From positions 1 through 29,901 of the IMG/VR virus record IMGVR_UViG_3300038312_000093: DNA of 29,901 nucleotides, one strand, 5' to 3'. Source of the DNA: a virus. The position numbers and the translations under genes were made by a program. The notes beneath the pieces were generated by a model that was not told the DNA's origin, ran no database searches, and was given only the letters and a program-made list of their open reading frames with translations. The stretch's first letter is position 1. Each line of letters begins with the position of its first letter. Positions 1 through 8,132 of the stretch are shown piece after piece.

Positions 1-97
1 GTTCCGAACTGGCAACTTGACGTATCAAGCACATCATCGTTTGATGAAAGAGCATTGGCTCGGGCTGTCGCAACCGCCATGAGAGAGGTATACCAAG
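1..97. repeat. terminal overlap, copy 1 (identical to 29805-29901)
   Basis: Direct comparison of the first and last 97 bases shows identity. The overlap lies inside the tape measure ORF. Confidence 0.95.
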
Positions 98-177
98 AGC
101 AAACCTTAGAAAACGAAATGAACACCACGCAAAAGAAAATACGCAAAAGTGCATTCACAGAAGTAGAGGATTGGTAA
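1..177 (+). CDS. tape measure protein, C-terminal end (wrap-around continuation of the ORF that runs off the window at 29901)
   Basis: Frame 1 is open from base 1 to TAA at 175-177. Bases 1-97 duplicate 29805-29901 and keep the frame of the 27102 ORF (...VPNWQLDVSSTSSFDERALARAVATAMREVYQ then EQTLENEMNTTQKKIRKSAFTEVEDW*). Confidence 0.85.
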   Translation, partial: VPNWQLDVSSTSSFDERALARAVATAMREVYQEQTLENEMNTTQKKIRKSAFTEVEDW

Positions 178-178
178 T

Positions 179-2716
179 ATGCTTAAACCATTGAACGAAA
201 CCAAATTCAAGTTTTGGATTGTAGACCCAGTAGAGAGTATAAACCACGTTGAAAACCCACTTCCATGGACTTTAGAGGGATATGAAAAAGTATACTCAGG
301 CGGAAGTCTTGAAGTACGCACGGAACATATGCGCAATGGCGGTCCGTGCTTACGGGCTATTGATACAGACATCAAATACACAAAACCAATGACCGCACTT
401 GAAGCAGGCGAACAGTATGAGTTGCTTATTGACGCATATGCAGTAAAAGGCAGCATAATAGAATTAGCAATTTACGACCAAGCTAATAACCCGGTAACTT
501 CGAAAACTTACCATGTGGGTGGAAACTGGCAATGGCTAAGACTACCATTTATGGGAGTACCCGGAGCAACATTTTCGATAAGCCTATCAGACCAATGGGA
601 AACAGTTGACAACACGTTTTGGATTGATAGGTTATCAGTCCAAAAAGGTACTAACATGACTTGGTTCTGTGGATACGGTTACAGTGGCGGTACAAGTTTA
701 CACTTTCGTTGGGAAGGTGAGCCAATGAACAGCCGGTCAATCCACAACGGACAAGACCGCAGAGCCGGCAAAATGTATGACCTTGATGATTACATGGAAG
801 TTAAACGAGTGCTTGGTCTAGGCATGGGCGATTGGGAACAGCGCATGACACCAATTTTGACAGGTGGAGCGTTATATCAAGATATGATAGAACAACCAAG
901 ACCGTTCAGTATCGTTGGCGTAAACAAAGCCGGTAAAATGAAAGACCTCATGCTGAAGCGAAAGCAGCTTAGTTTACTTTTGCGTCCTGACGGAAATGAC
1001 CATAGTCCGATTAACCTTTTATTTCAAGCGGTAAATAAAGTGCATGGTTACCCCGAATCAGAGGAACTAACCATTGAATGTGTTTGCACCTCAGCCTTAA
1101 AAAACATGCCGGACGTTGATACTGTCGCAGATAGCACTTTAACGTTTATGAAGCCAGACCCCTATCTGTATGCAAATTATTATAATGGGTATAGGCAAGG
1201 TCAAGACATCGAAGTAAAATCAGATAACATTATTTTACGAAAAGCTAATGGCGAATGGAAAGGATTACCCGGACTGGACGGTCAAGTTTATGCAGTTGAT
1301 TTTGACAGTTCAGGTCGCATATGGGCTGGCGGTTCATTTACTGGAAAAGTCAAGATATGGAATGGAAAAGGATGGATAAGTCCACCCGGAGATACAAGAG
1401 TTCCTGACGATACAGTCTATGCTATAAAATGCCTACCAAATGGTAATGTTTACATAGGCGGCGCATTCGAAAAAATGGGAACATCACAATTTAATCGTGT
1501 GGCTCGTTACGTAAAAGATGAAACAACCGGAATTGGCACTTGGAGAATACTAGGACCATACACAAACCCGGGCGTTAAAGGTGCTACTGGCGGTCAAGGC
1601 TCGAATGTACATACTATCTTTGCTGATAGGCTTGGACATATTGTGTTAGGTGGTTCATTTACAGAAGCAAACGGAGAAACCTCGAGAGCCATTGTACGAT
1701 ACAACCCACATGACGGAACGTGGCAAACCTATGGCTCTGCTATACCAAGTGGTACTGTACATAGTGTTTGTGACGGTGGATTACCACACAGAATCGCACT
1801 TGCCGGTGATTTTAGTATAGGAAGTACCATAAATGACTTGGCGTTTTTGTTCACGGATAGCGGTAATGTAACGTCAATGGGAGATACTAGAACATATCCA
1901 AAAGATATGTTTGGCGTAAACCATATCACACAATTAGACGATTCTTCCTTGGCATATGTAGGCAGGTTTAGTTTTAGAGAGGGATACATAACCTTGTCCA
2001 TGGATGTCGGCAGGTATAAGGGCGCACGCCACATACCATTCTCAACCAATTTACAAACAGGGTCACTAGTTGGTGTGAATTTTATTCATCAGTTACCAAC
2101 TGGAGAAATTGATATTTTCACAAGTGTTTATCCATTTGAATACAATGGTGAAGATTTGGGTCAATTTATACGATTCAAAGGCGGAGTGTTTGAGCGACAC
2201 CCGGATGCAAATATACTGTCTGACAGTTTCAGCAATTTAAGAATTAACACCGCAGCGTATACGGTGTATGGCGACATAGTATATGCAGGCATGTGGAGTG
2301 GCGTTGTCAAAATTCCTGCACCACCAGACGTTATTCCTATGGTGTCCGAAGCGACCGCAGGAACGTATCCAATTATCAGAGCGTTTGGACCAAGACGATT
2401 GCGGTCTATTTACAACAAACGCACAGGAAAAACAATTCAATTCAGAGGTGCGCTAATTCCTGAAAAAGCATGGTTTGAAATGGTACTCAAACCAGATAAT
2501 GTGAGAGTTATGTTGGATTGGAAAAACCGTTTGGACTTAGTTAATGTAGGTTCAAGTCTGACCTCGTTCGTCCTAGAACCCGGTAGAAACGACATCATAG
2601 TTGACACCAAACCACACGAAGATGACCCGGTTATAGAGCCATTAGGAGATGTTTATATTCTATGGAACCCCAGATTTTGGGGAGTAGAGGGAGCGTTCCG
2701 AAATGATACGGTATGA
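179..2716 (+). CDS. distal-tail (Dit-position) protein with an N-terminal jelly-roll/CBM-like extension and an internal beta-propeller insertion
   Basis: An 845-aa ORF starts 2 nt after the tape measure stop, which is the canonical Dit position. The C-terminus (aa ~725-845, YPIIRAFGPRRL...FVLEPGRNDIIVDT) and aa ~160-330 look Dit-like. Residues ~355-710 carry 6-7 blades of the pattern V(Y/H)x(I/V)...G.(I/V)..GG.F....G......(I/V).RY. Residues 1-158 end in FWIDRLSV, typical of CBM-like beta-sandwiches. Confidence 0.6.
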   Translation: MLKPLNETKFKFWIVDPVESINHVENPLPWTLEGYEKVYSGGSLEVRTEHMRNGGPCLRAIDTDIKYTKPMTALEAGEQYELLIDAYAVKGSIIELAIYDQANNPVTSKTYHVGGNWQWLRLPFMGVPGATFSISLSDQWETVDNTFWIDRLSVQKGTNMTWFCGYGYSGGTSLHFRWEGEPMNSRSIHNGQDRRAGKMYDLDDYMEVKRVLGLGMGDWEQRMTPILTGGALYQDMIEQPRPFSIVGVNKAGKMKDLMLKRKQLSLLLRPDGNDHSPINLLFQAVNKVHGYPESEELTIECVCTSALKNMPDVDTVADSTLTFMKPDPYLYANYYNGYRQGQDIEVKSDNIILRKANGEWKGLPGLDGQVYAVDFDSSGRIWAGGSFTGKVKIWNGKGWISPPGDTRVPDDTVYAIKCLPNGNVYIGGAFEKMGTSQFNRVARYVKDETTGIGTWRILGPYTNPGVKGATGGQGSNVHTIFADRLGHIVLGGSFTEANGETSRAIVRYNPHDGTWQTYGSAIPSGTVHSVCDGGLPHRIALAGDFSIGSTINDLAFLFTDSGNVTSMGDTRTYPKDMFGVNHITQLDDSSLAYVGRFSFREGYITLSMDVGRYKGARHIPFSTNLQTGSLVGVNFIHQLPTGEIDIFTSVYPFEYNGEDLGQFIRFKGGVFERHPDANILSDSFSNLRINTAAYTVYGDIVYAGMWSGVVKIPAPPDVIPMVSEATAGTYPIIRAFGPRRLRSIYNKRTGKTIQFRGALIPEKAWFEMVLKPDNVRVMLDWKNRLDLVNVGSSLTSFVLEPGRNDIIVDTKPHEDDPVIEPLGDVYILWNPRFWGVEGAFRNDTV

Positions 2717-3800
2717 CCTTGACCGCTACTGGAGTGACGGTACTAGAATTGACATATTCGCAGCCGCTGAAAAGATACACGCCACAAGAGTTGTCAATGA
2801 TGTCGGCAGACTGACTTATAGCATTCCATTCAATGAAAGGTATTTAAATTCCTTAGAAAAGGGACAAATGATTGGGCTATGGCGAAATGACAGACACCAG
2901 TTCCAAACTTATTACACCTTATTAGATTGGCGTGCTACAACCGATTTAAGAGGTTTAAAAAAGATTGAAGTTTACGGAGAGTGTTTAAACAGGCTTTTAA
3001 AAAGTCGTATCGTGGCATACCCTGCAGGCAGTCCACAAGCAGATAAATATGGAAAACCGGACAACATCATAAAAGAAATTACCCGGGAAAACTTGGGAGC
3101 AGACGCACCAGAAGAAAGGCGTATTCCAAACCTCACAGTCGAACCAAATTATGATGAGGGAAGCAGAAGTATCAACAAAAGTTTTGCATGGCGAAACGCA
3201 CTAACTGTTTGCCAAGAAATCAGCGACATGTCACTCAAAGATGAAGTACCAATTTATTTTGACCTGTTTTCATATGATTTAATGAACCTACACTTTAGAA
3301 CGTGCGCTCACATGATTGGAGATGATAGACGCCCATTCACAGGAAACCCGATATTTATTGGTGAGCAATATGGCAACCTAAAAAACGCAACAACGGAATG
3401 GATTACAAGCGAAGAAGCAACCGTCATTTATGCAGGCGGTCAGGGCGAAGAAGCCGACCGTGTTATCAAAATTGCACAAGACTTAGACCGCATCGCATTA
3501 TCAGCACCCTACGGACGTATTGAGCGATTCAAAGACGCAAGAAATGACGAGAATGAGGACAACATTCAGAAGCAAGCAGAGGAAGCTTTGAACGAAGCAA
3601 AACCTTTTGTAAAAGTCAGAGGCACACTATCTGAAACAGCAGGTTCAAAATACGATGTGCATTATAATTGGGGTGATTTTGTCACCGTTGAAAGCTATGG
3701 CGTATCATTGGACTGCATGATAAAAGAAGTTGGGTTGACCTATGACGCAAATACAGGTATGGAAAGCATTGACGTAAAGTTTGAGGGAGTTGTAACATGA
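2703..3800 (+). CDS. tail hub / tail-associated protein (Tal N-terminal-like; resembles the Siphovirus Gp37-like family from memory)
   Basis: A 365-aa ORF overlaps the Dit-like stop by 14 nt, so it is the second gene after the tape measure. The C-terminal YNWGDFVTVESYGVSLDCMIKEVGLTYD resembles the conserved GD.VTV...I.EV end of Gp37-like tail proteins. Confidence 0.5.
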   Translation: MIRYDLDRYWSDGTRIDIFAAAEKIHATRVVNDVGRLTYSIPFNERYLNSLEKGQMIGLWRNDRHQFQTYYTLLDWRATTDLRGLKKIEVYGECLNRLLKSRIVAYPAGSPQADKYGKPDNIIKEITRENLGADAPEERRIPNLTVEPNYDEGSRSINKSFAWRNALTVCQEISDMSLKDEVPIYFDLFSYDLMNLHFRTCAHMIGDDRRPFTGNPIFIGEQYGNLKNATTEWITSEEATVIYAGGQGEEADRVIKIAQDLDRIALSAPYGRIERFKDARNDENEDNIQKQAEEALNEAKPFVKVRGTLSETAGSKYDVHYNWGDFVTVESYGVSLDCMIKEVGLTYDANTGMESIDVKFEGVVT

Positions 3801-4267
3801 ACCAAGAAATAGAAAATATCCTCAAACGCCTTGAACGTCTCGAAGCTAAAGAAACACCAACCGTCAAACCAGTAGACTTGTCCAAGTATTTAGTAGCAAA
3901 AGATTGGATTGCGTACACGCCAACTGTAACAGGGTGGTCTGAAACACCTTATGTGCAAGCAAAGTATTTATATTTAAGTAATTTACTGGTGATAAATTGT
4001 TACGTGCAAGGAACGTCAAACTCAACAACGACAAGAATCACACTTCCACCCGGATTTAAAGTAATAGCTGGCGTACAACAGTTTATAGGTCCGATAAGAG
4101 CAATGAATAATGGCACATATCTAACAAATGGCGGTATGTGGATATCATCGCAAAATTCGACATATATAGACTGTTACATAAATTACAATTTACAATCGTT
4201 TGCAGCAAGTGGCTCAAAACAAGTTCAGTTTGTAGCAGTTATAGGAGCATATGGCAACTTTGCATAG
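3797..4267 (+). CDS. putative receptor-binding / tail tip protein (N-terminal coiled coil plus beta-rich head)
   Basis: ATGA overlap with the upstream gene. The N-terminus (EIENILKRLERLEAKE) has heptad character and is followed by a ~110-aa S/T/N/G-rich beta-type domain. It is the last gene of the tail module, just before the lysis genes. Confidence 0.4.
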   Translation: MNQEIENILKRLERLEAKETPTVKPVDLSKYLVAKDWIAYTPTVTGWSETPYVQAKYLYLSNLLVINCYVQGTSNSTTTRITLPPGFKVIAGVQQFIGPIRAMNNGTYLTNGGMWISSQNSTYIDCYINYNLQSFAASGSKQVQFVAVIGAYGNFA

Positions 4268-4275
4268 GAGAAAAA

Positions 4276-5643
4276 ATGAAACCAATTATTGACATCAGTC
4301 ATCATCAAGTATCAAGCAAGATTGATTACGACCTACTAGCAAGCCAAGTAGAAGCGGTCATCATTCGAGCGTCTTACGCAACAGCAGTAGAACGTGAGTT
4401 TGAAAACCACTATCGAGAACTATCAAAACGTGGTGTGCCAATGGGCGTGTATCATTATATTGTTGAGTATAGGTCAGTTGAAACGCAAGTGGAAACATTC
4501 GCAAGTCGAGTAGCAGGAAAAGAGTTCAAACTTGGCTACTGGGCGGACGTTGAACTTGAACCAAACGCCACACCACTAACACGCCAGACCGTACACAAAT
4601 TTATGCAACAAACAGAAGCAAGATTGAATACCGAGTTAGGGATTTATACAAGCTATTACATGTGGACACAAATCATGGGCGGTGCATATTACACTAACCG
4701 AAAATTATGGGTTGCACATTACACCACAGGCAACGTGCCGATTTTACCACCCGGGTGGCAAGATTGGTGGCTATGGCAACACACGTCAAAGGGCAAGCTA
4801 CCGGGCTACAGTGGCGACCTAGACATGAACAAGTTCCGATACGGGAAAGAAGTGTTTGACGCATGGATTGACAGAGAGCCAGTAGAAGAACCCGAACCAG
4901 AACCAGAACCAGAATTGGTACTGTACTCACCAGTCCCGAAAGGAACTCGTATCACCCAAAGGTTTGGTATGAACCCTAGTTGGTATCCAACAGCCAAAGG
5001 TCATAACGGTATTGATTATGGCACTATGGTTGGAACACCTATCACCGCCATGCAAAGCGGAACAGTTGAAGTATCAAAAGAGCAAGTTGGTGGCTATGGC
5101 AGACATATTAGGATTAGACATGAGCATGGCGTATCCATTTACGGTCACCTATCAAGACGAGATGTACAAGTAGGCGATAAAGTCATTGCAAAGCAACGCA
5201 TTGGATTATCAGGCGGCAACCTTGAAGACCCTTACGCCGGTTTTAGTACCGGAGCGCACTTGCATGCAGAATACCGCCAAGATAAGCCAGTTGTACCACT
5301 TGTACCCGGAAGCTATGTTTACAATGCGATAGACCATTTACCGTTTATAAAAGAGGAAGAAGAAGAGGAGATACCCATGTTATATCAAGTTGAAGTAACA
5401 GTTTATGCCCTCAACATTCGAGCCGGAGTAGGAACACGTTATCCAATCATCCGAACGGTGTTGAAAGGTACAATCCTCAACGTTTACGCCGAAAGCCAAG
5501 AATGGCTGAAAGTTGGGGATAATCAATGGTGCAGTGGCGATAGCCGGTACGTGAAACGCCTAGCCAATCCACCCTGTGAACCATGCGACAAAGAAGAAAA
5601 ACTGAACAAACTTTGGGAAGCACACCCAGAATTGCATGAATAG
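4276..5643 (+). CDS. endolysin: GH25 muramidase + M23 peptidase + SH3b cell-wall-binding domain
   Basis: Start chosen at ATG 4276 behind GGAGAAAAA; the track start at 4138 overlaps the upstream gene. The N-terminus (MKPIIDISHHQ...IIRASY...GVYHY) is GH25-like. An EPEPEPEPE linker follows. The M23 motifs are HNGIDYG...GGYGRHIRIRHEHGVSIYGHL...GAHLHAEY. An EEEEEE linker precedes an SH3b-like tail (ALNIRAGVGTRYPIIRTVLKGTILNVY...EWLKV). Confidence 0.85.
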   Translation: MKPIIDISHHQVSSKIDYDLLASQVEAVIIRASYATAVEREFENHYRELSKRGVPMGVYHYIVEYRSVETQVETFASRVAGKEFKLGYWADVELEPNATPLTRQTVHKFMQQTEARLNTELGIYTSYYMWTQIMGGAYYTNRKLWVAHYTTGNVPILPPGWQDWWLWQHTSKGKLPGYSGDLDMNKFRYGKEVFDAWIDREPVEEPEPEPEPELVLYSPVPKGTRITQRFGMNPSWYPTAKGHNGIDYGTMVGTPITAMQSGTVEVSKEQVGGYGRHIRIRHEHGVSIYGHLSRRDVQVGDKVIAKQRIGLSGGNLEDPYAGFSTGAHLHAEYRQDKPVVPLVPGSYVYNAIDHLPFIKEEEEEEIPMLYQVEVTVYALNIRAGVGTRYPIIRTVLKGTILNVYAESQEWLKVGDNQWCSGDSRYVKRLANPPCEPCDKEEKLNKLWEAHPELHE

Positions 5644-6238
5644 GAGAAGCATGTACAGAGCAAACTGGCTAAGAAGCCAACGAATAAATTTTATGTGGGA
5701 CATAATAAAATCCGTTCCAGAACCAAAACGCATCCTAGTAACATCAGAAGAAGACATTGATGTTATTAACGTATTATCCACAAGATTACAAAATGTGGAG
5801 TACGAAATGCTAATCACTCACCCGGAGCAACAAAAAAACAAGGCAAAATCAAATTTTACACATGTACCCATATCAACAACCAAACGTTATGACATCATCG
5901 TGATTTTAGGCGGTTTTAACACGGACAATGACATGGAAAACAAAATCAAAACCGTAAGCAAACTACTTGCCAAGAATGGCATATTGTACTTCGAAGCCCC
6001 AAATCATTTAGCGTATTCGATCGGAGCATCCGGGTACAGGACAATTGCCGGAAACGGAACACAAAAAGGCTGGCACTTGACCCGAGTGGAATGGTCTGAC
6101 ATATTGCAAAAAACAGGACTAACGACTATCAGACAGTATAGCGGTCATGCTAGTGTTTGGCAGTTTGTATGGACACTCGAAAAAGAGAAAGAAACCAAAA
6201 AAGATGCTAAAATGGAGAAGTCAAAGAGCGAAAAGTAA
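5636..6238 (+). CDS. class I methyltransferase-fold protein with a degenerate SAM-binding loop (function unknown)
   Basis: RYDIIVILGGF and LLAKNGILYFEAPN resemble methyltransferase motifs II/III. The motif I position reads KRILVTSEED and has no glycines. The C-terminus is K/E-rich. An alternative start at ATG 5651 lies behind AGGAG. Confidence 0.4.
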   Translation: MNRRSMYRANWLRSQRINFMWDIIKSVPEPKRILVTSEEDIDVINVLSTRLQNVEYEMLITHPEQQKNKAKSNFTHVPISTTKRYDIIVILGGFNTDNDMENKIKTVSKLLAKNGILYFEAPNHLAYSIGASGYRTIAGNGTQKGWHLTRVEWSDILQKTGLTTIRQYSGHASVWQFVWTLEKEKETKKDAKMEKSKSEK

Positions 6239-6263
6239 TTCGGTTCAGCAGGAACATCCACGA

Positions 6264-6545
6264 ATGAAAAACGCCAAAATTATTTTAGAGCAAGCCAAGA
6301 AAGAAACCGATATTAGAGAGGCATTTAACTTGTTAGTCGACTTGCTAATATCAGAATTTGAACACGAAAGGGATAAAATGGAAGCCTATGACAAGTTACT
6401 ATTCGGGAACGGAGACCCGACAAAAAGTATCCTATCAAGACTTGACCGCCTTGAAACAAACTTGTCAAACGCAGTCAAAGTTTTGTATGCAGTCGGTGTC
6501 GCAATCCTAATTGAAATTGTGATGCGGATTATCAGATTGATTTAG
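6264..6545 (+). CDS. XhlA-like lysis-associated membrane protein (coiled coil plus C-terminal TM)
   Basis: 93 aa from the internal ATG; the track ORF from 6147 overlaps the upstream gene. It has SRLDRLETNLSN and a C-terminal hydrophobic helix (VLYAVGVAILIEIVMRIIRLI). It sits directly upstream of the holin. Confidence 0.45.
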   Translation: MKNAKIILEQAKKETDIREAFNLLVDLLISEFEHERDKMEAYDKLLFGNGDPTKSILSRLDRLETNLSNAVKVLYAVGVAILIEIVMRIIRLI

Positions 6546-6560
6546 AAAAAAGGAGAATAT

Positions 6561-6905
6561 ATGGCACAAGAAATTTTAGCGATTATCGCAGGACTAGCAG
6601 CACTTGGTACTATGATATCGCTTATCGTAAACGTACTGAAGTATTTTAAGGTAGTCAAAGACGGAGACGCAGAAAAATGGGTTCAGGGCTTAAACCTTGG
6701 AGCGTTCGTGATTGTAGCGATTGTCTATTTTTTGAACGTTGACCCAGATTGGGGAAAGATAAATGGCTACATCGAAGTTGCAGTAGTAGTCCTTGGTTAC
6801 CTCGTGCAAATTTTAGGTAGCAAGGTCGCCTACCCATTAATCAAGAACACCCCGGTCATTGGTTACAGCTACACCGAACAAAAAAAGAAAGAGCCAGTAG
6901 GATAG
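6561..6905 (+). CDS. holin (three predicted TM segments)
   Basis: RBS is AAAGGAG. The 114-aa protein has hydrophobic stretches at aa ~4-26, 42-58 and 68-87 and a charged C-terminus (EQKKKEPVG). It is in the lysis cassette. Confidence 0.6.
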   Translation: MAQEILAIIAGLAALGTMISLIVNVLKYFKVVKDGDAEKWVQGLNLGAFVIVAIVYFLNVDPDWGKINGYIEVAVVVLGYLVQILGSKVAYPLIKNTPVIGYSYTEQKKKEPVG

Positions 6906-6928
6906 TTACGGTTCACTTCCTTCGCCAA

Positions 6929-6968
6929 ACCGCCCGGACACCAACACCACCCGGGCGGTATTTTGTTG
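6929..6968 (+). terminator. rho-independent terminator closing the tail/lysis operon
   Basis: ACCGCCCGG (6929-6937) pairs with CCGGGCGGT (6951-6959) around the loop ACACCAACACCAC. ATTTTGTTG follows the stem. Confidence 0.8.
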
Positions 6969-6993
6969 CCAAAAACTGATAGGAAATTGCCCC

Positions 6994-7022
6994 TTGCGAA
7001 AATCAAAAGCACCCATTATAAT
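6994..7022 (+). promoter_or_regulatory. early promoter P1 (sigma70/sigmaA type)
   Basis: -35 is TTGCGA (6994-6999), the spacer is exactly 17 nt, and -10 is TATAAT (7017-7022). It sits in the only sizeable non-coding gap after a terminator. The conserved box GTGTAGTTCAA follows. Confidence 0.75.
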
Positions 7023-7069
7023 ATATGTGTAGTTCAACAAAACCAACAAAAGACAAGGAGATAAACAAA

Positions 7070-7576
7070 ATGAACACCAACATCAACAACACCCCGAACA
7101 CCCTCACCCCAGACATGATGAAGAAAGCCGGCGCAGTGGAAACAGCCCTACACCAAGCTAAAGCCAACCGCAAACCATATTCAGTTCTGTACAATCCAGA
7201 GTTTGACACTTATTACGTGGAGGCATGGTACCCCGGTCAATTCGAAGCGGCAAAAGAAAACTACTTCCTAACGGTATCAGACTCAGACGCAAGACAACTA
7301 TCAAATGACCCACTAGCCGGAAAGCTACCATTAGCGGACGGAGCGATCAAGATAGCAAGCGTCCCTCAGTTTTATCAAAGCCCCACTTGCATTTACTATA
7401 AGGGAGCACATTACGATTGGCGAAAGGTCAAAAGCCAAGTAGACGAAACCATACTCGCCACAGTGCACAAAGCATTACCCACTAGAAACCAAAACAACCT
7501 GCAATGCTTATTCGACTTATACGTTGGAGCTCACGCATTCGTTCACGGAGAAGAATTCGTCATCAAGCTCTGGTAA
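7070..7576 (+). CDS. hypothetical early protein (168 aa)
   Basis: ATG 7070 lies behind AAGGAGATAAACAAA. The track start at 7025 would lie within or just downstream of the promoter -10. No recognisable motif. Confidence 0.6.
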   Translation: MNTNINNTPNTLTPDMMKKAGAVETALHQAKANRKPYSVLYNPEFDTYYVEAWYPGQFEAAKENYFLTVSDSDARQLSNDPLAGKLPLADGAIKIASVPQFYQSPTCIYYKGAHYDWRKVKSQVDETILATVHKALPTRNQNNLQCLFDLYVGAHAFVHGEEFVIKLW

Positions 7577-7591
7577 ACCAAAATCAAAACA

Positions 7592-7615
7592 GAGTGGCAG
7601 GACTTCCTGCCACTC
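7592..7615 (+). promoter_or_regulatory. intergenic RNA stem-loop (10-bp stem, no U-tract)
   Basis: GAGTGGCAGG (7592-7601) pairs with CCTGCCACTC (7606-7615) around the loop ACTT. ACCAACAAAAG and the RBS follow. Confidence 0.6.
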
Positions 7616-7643
7616 ACCAACAAAAGACAAGGAGATAAACAAA

Positions 7644-8078
7644 ATGAACACCAACAAAGAAATCACAAGAGACCAACTAGAAAACGCAATCCGATACGTA
7701 GCAGATAATTCATACGAATTAGAGTTTGCACTATATACTATCAAGTATCTGAAAAGAGAAAGCGATATTTACCCGACCGCATACACCAGCCCGAAAAGCC
7801 AGTTAGATAGAATGAAAGGTGGAACATTATTATTCGTTATGAGTGATGATGAAAGAAATAAATACGAGAAGCATTTTAGCCAAGTTAGTAAGTCTTTTGG
7901 AAGCAGATTCGAAAACATGGTAAATAGCTTACGAAAAGTTTGGGGACAAGACGCACCAAGAAAGCTGATACCTAACTGGTCAGACGATAACCTAGAAACA
8001 CAAAACCAAGTATTAGGCGAATACTTGTTTGACCAATTCATCAAACGAGTTTATCAAGAATGTAAAGCAAAGAACTAA
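7644..8078 (+). CDS. hypothetical early protein (144 aa)
   Basis: ATG 7644 has the same 41-nt initiation region as the 7070 gene. No recognisable motif. Confidence 0.6.
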   Translation: MNTNKEITRDQLENAIRYVADNSYELEFALYTIKYLKRESDIYPTAYTSPKSQLDRMKGGTLLFVMSDDERNKYEKHFSQVSKSFGSRFENMVNSLRKVWGQDAPRKLIPNWSDDNLETQNQVLGEYLFDQFIKRVYQECKAKN

Positions 8079-8087
8079 CACAAGAAC

Positions 8088-8107
8088 GCCCGGGTGAAAA
8101 CCCGGGC
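8088..8107 (+). promoter_or_regulatory. intergenic GC-rich stem-loop (CCCGGG core)
   Basis: GCCCGGG (8088-8094) pairs with CCCGGGC (8101-8107) around the loop TGAAAA. ACACCAACACC and the RBS follow. Confidence 0.55.
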
Positions 8108-8132
8108 ACACCAACACCAAAGGAGAAACAAC

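Noticed and set aside
106-456. 116-aa minus-strand ORF. The same applies to the other 60-130-aa minus-strand track ORFs throughout the window.
   Set aside because: All overlap well-supported + strand genes, lack Shine-Dalgarno sequences, and show no motif. The genome appears to be transcribed in one direction only.
4138-4275. N-terminal extension of the endolysin ORF as listed in the track. Analogous extensions occur at 7025-7069, 7524-7643, 8094-8132, 10849-10959, 11829-11933, 14232-14270 and 6147-6263.
   Set aside because: The extensions overlap upstream genes, promoters or hairpins. Internal ATGs with strong AGGAG sites give proteins that begin at the recognisable domains.
4888-4914. GAACC(A/C)GAA tandem repeat, with a similar GAACCAGAACCAGAA at 18547-18561
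   Set aside because: These are in-frame Glu-Pro linker codons (EPEPEPEPE in the endolysin, EPEPE at the TerS C-terminus). They are low-complexity interdomain linkers, not a CRISPR or regulatory repeat.
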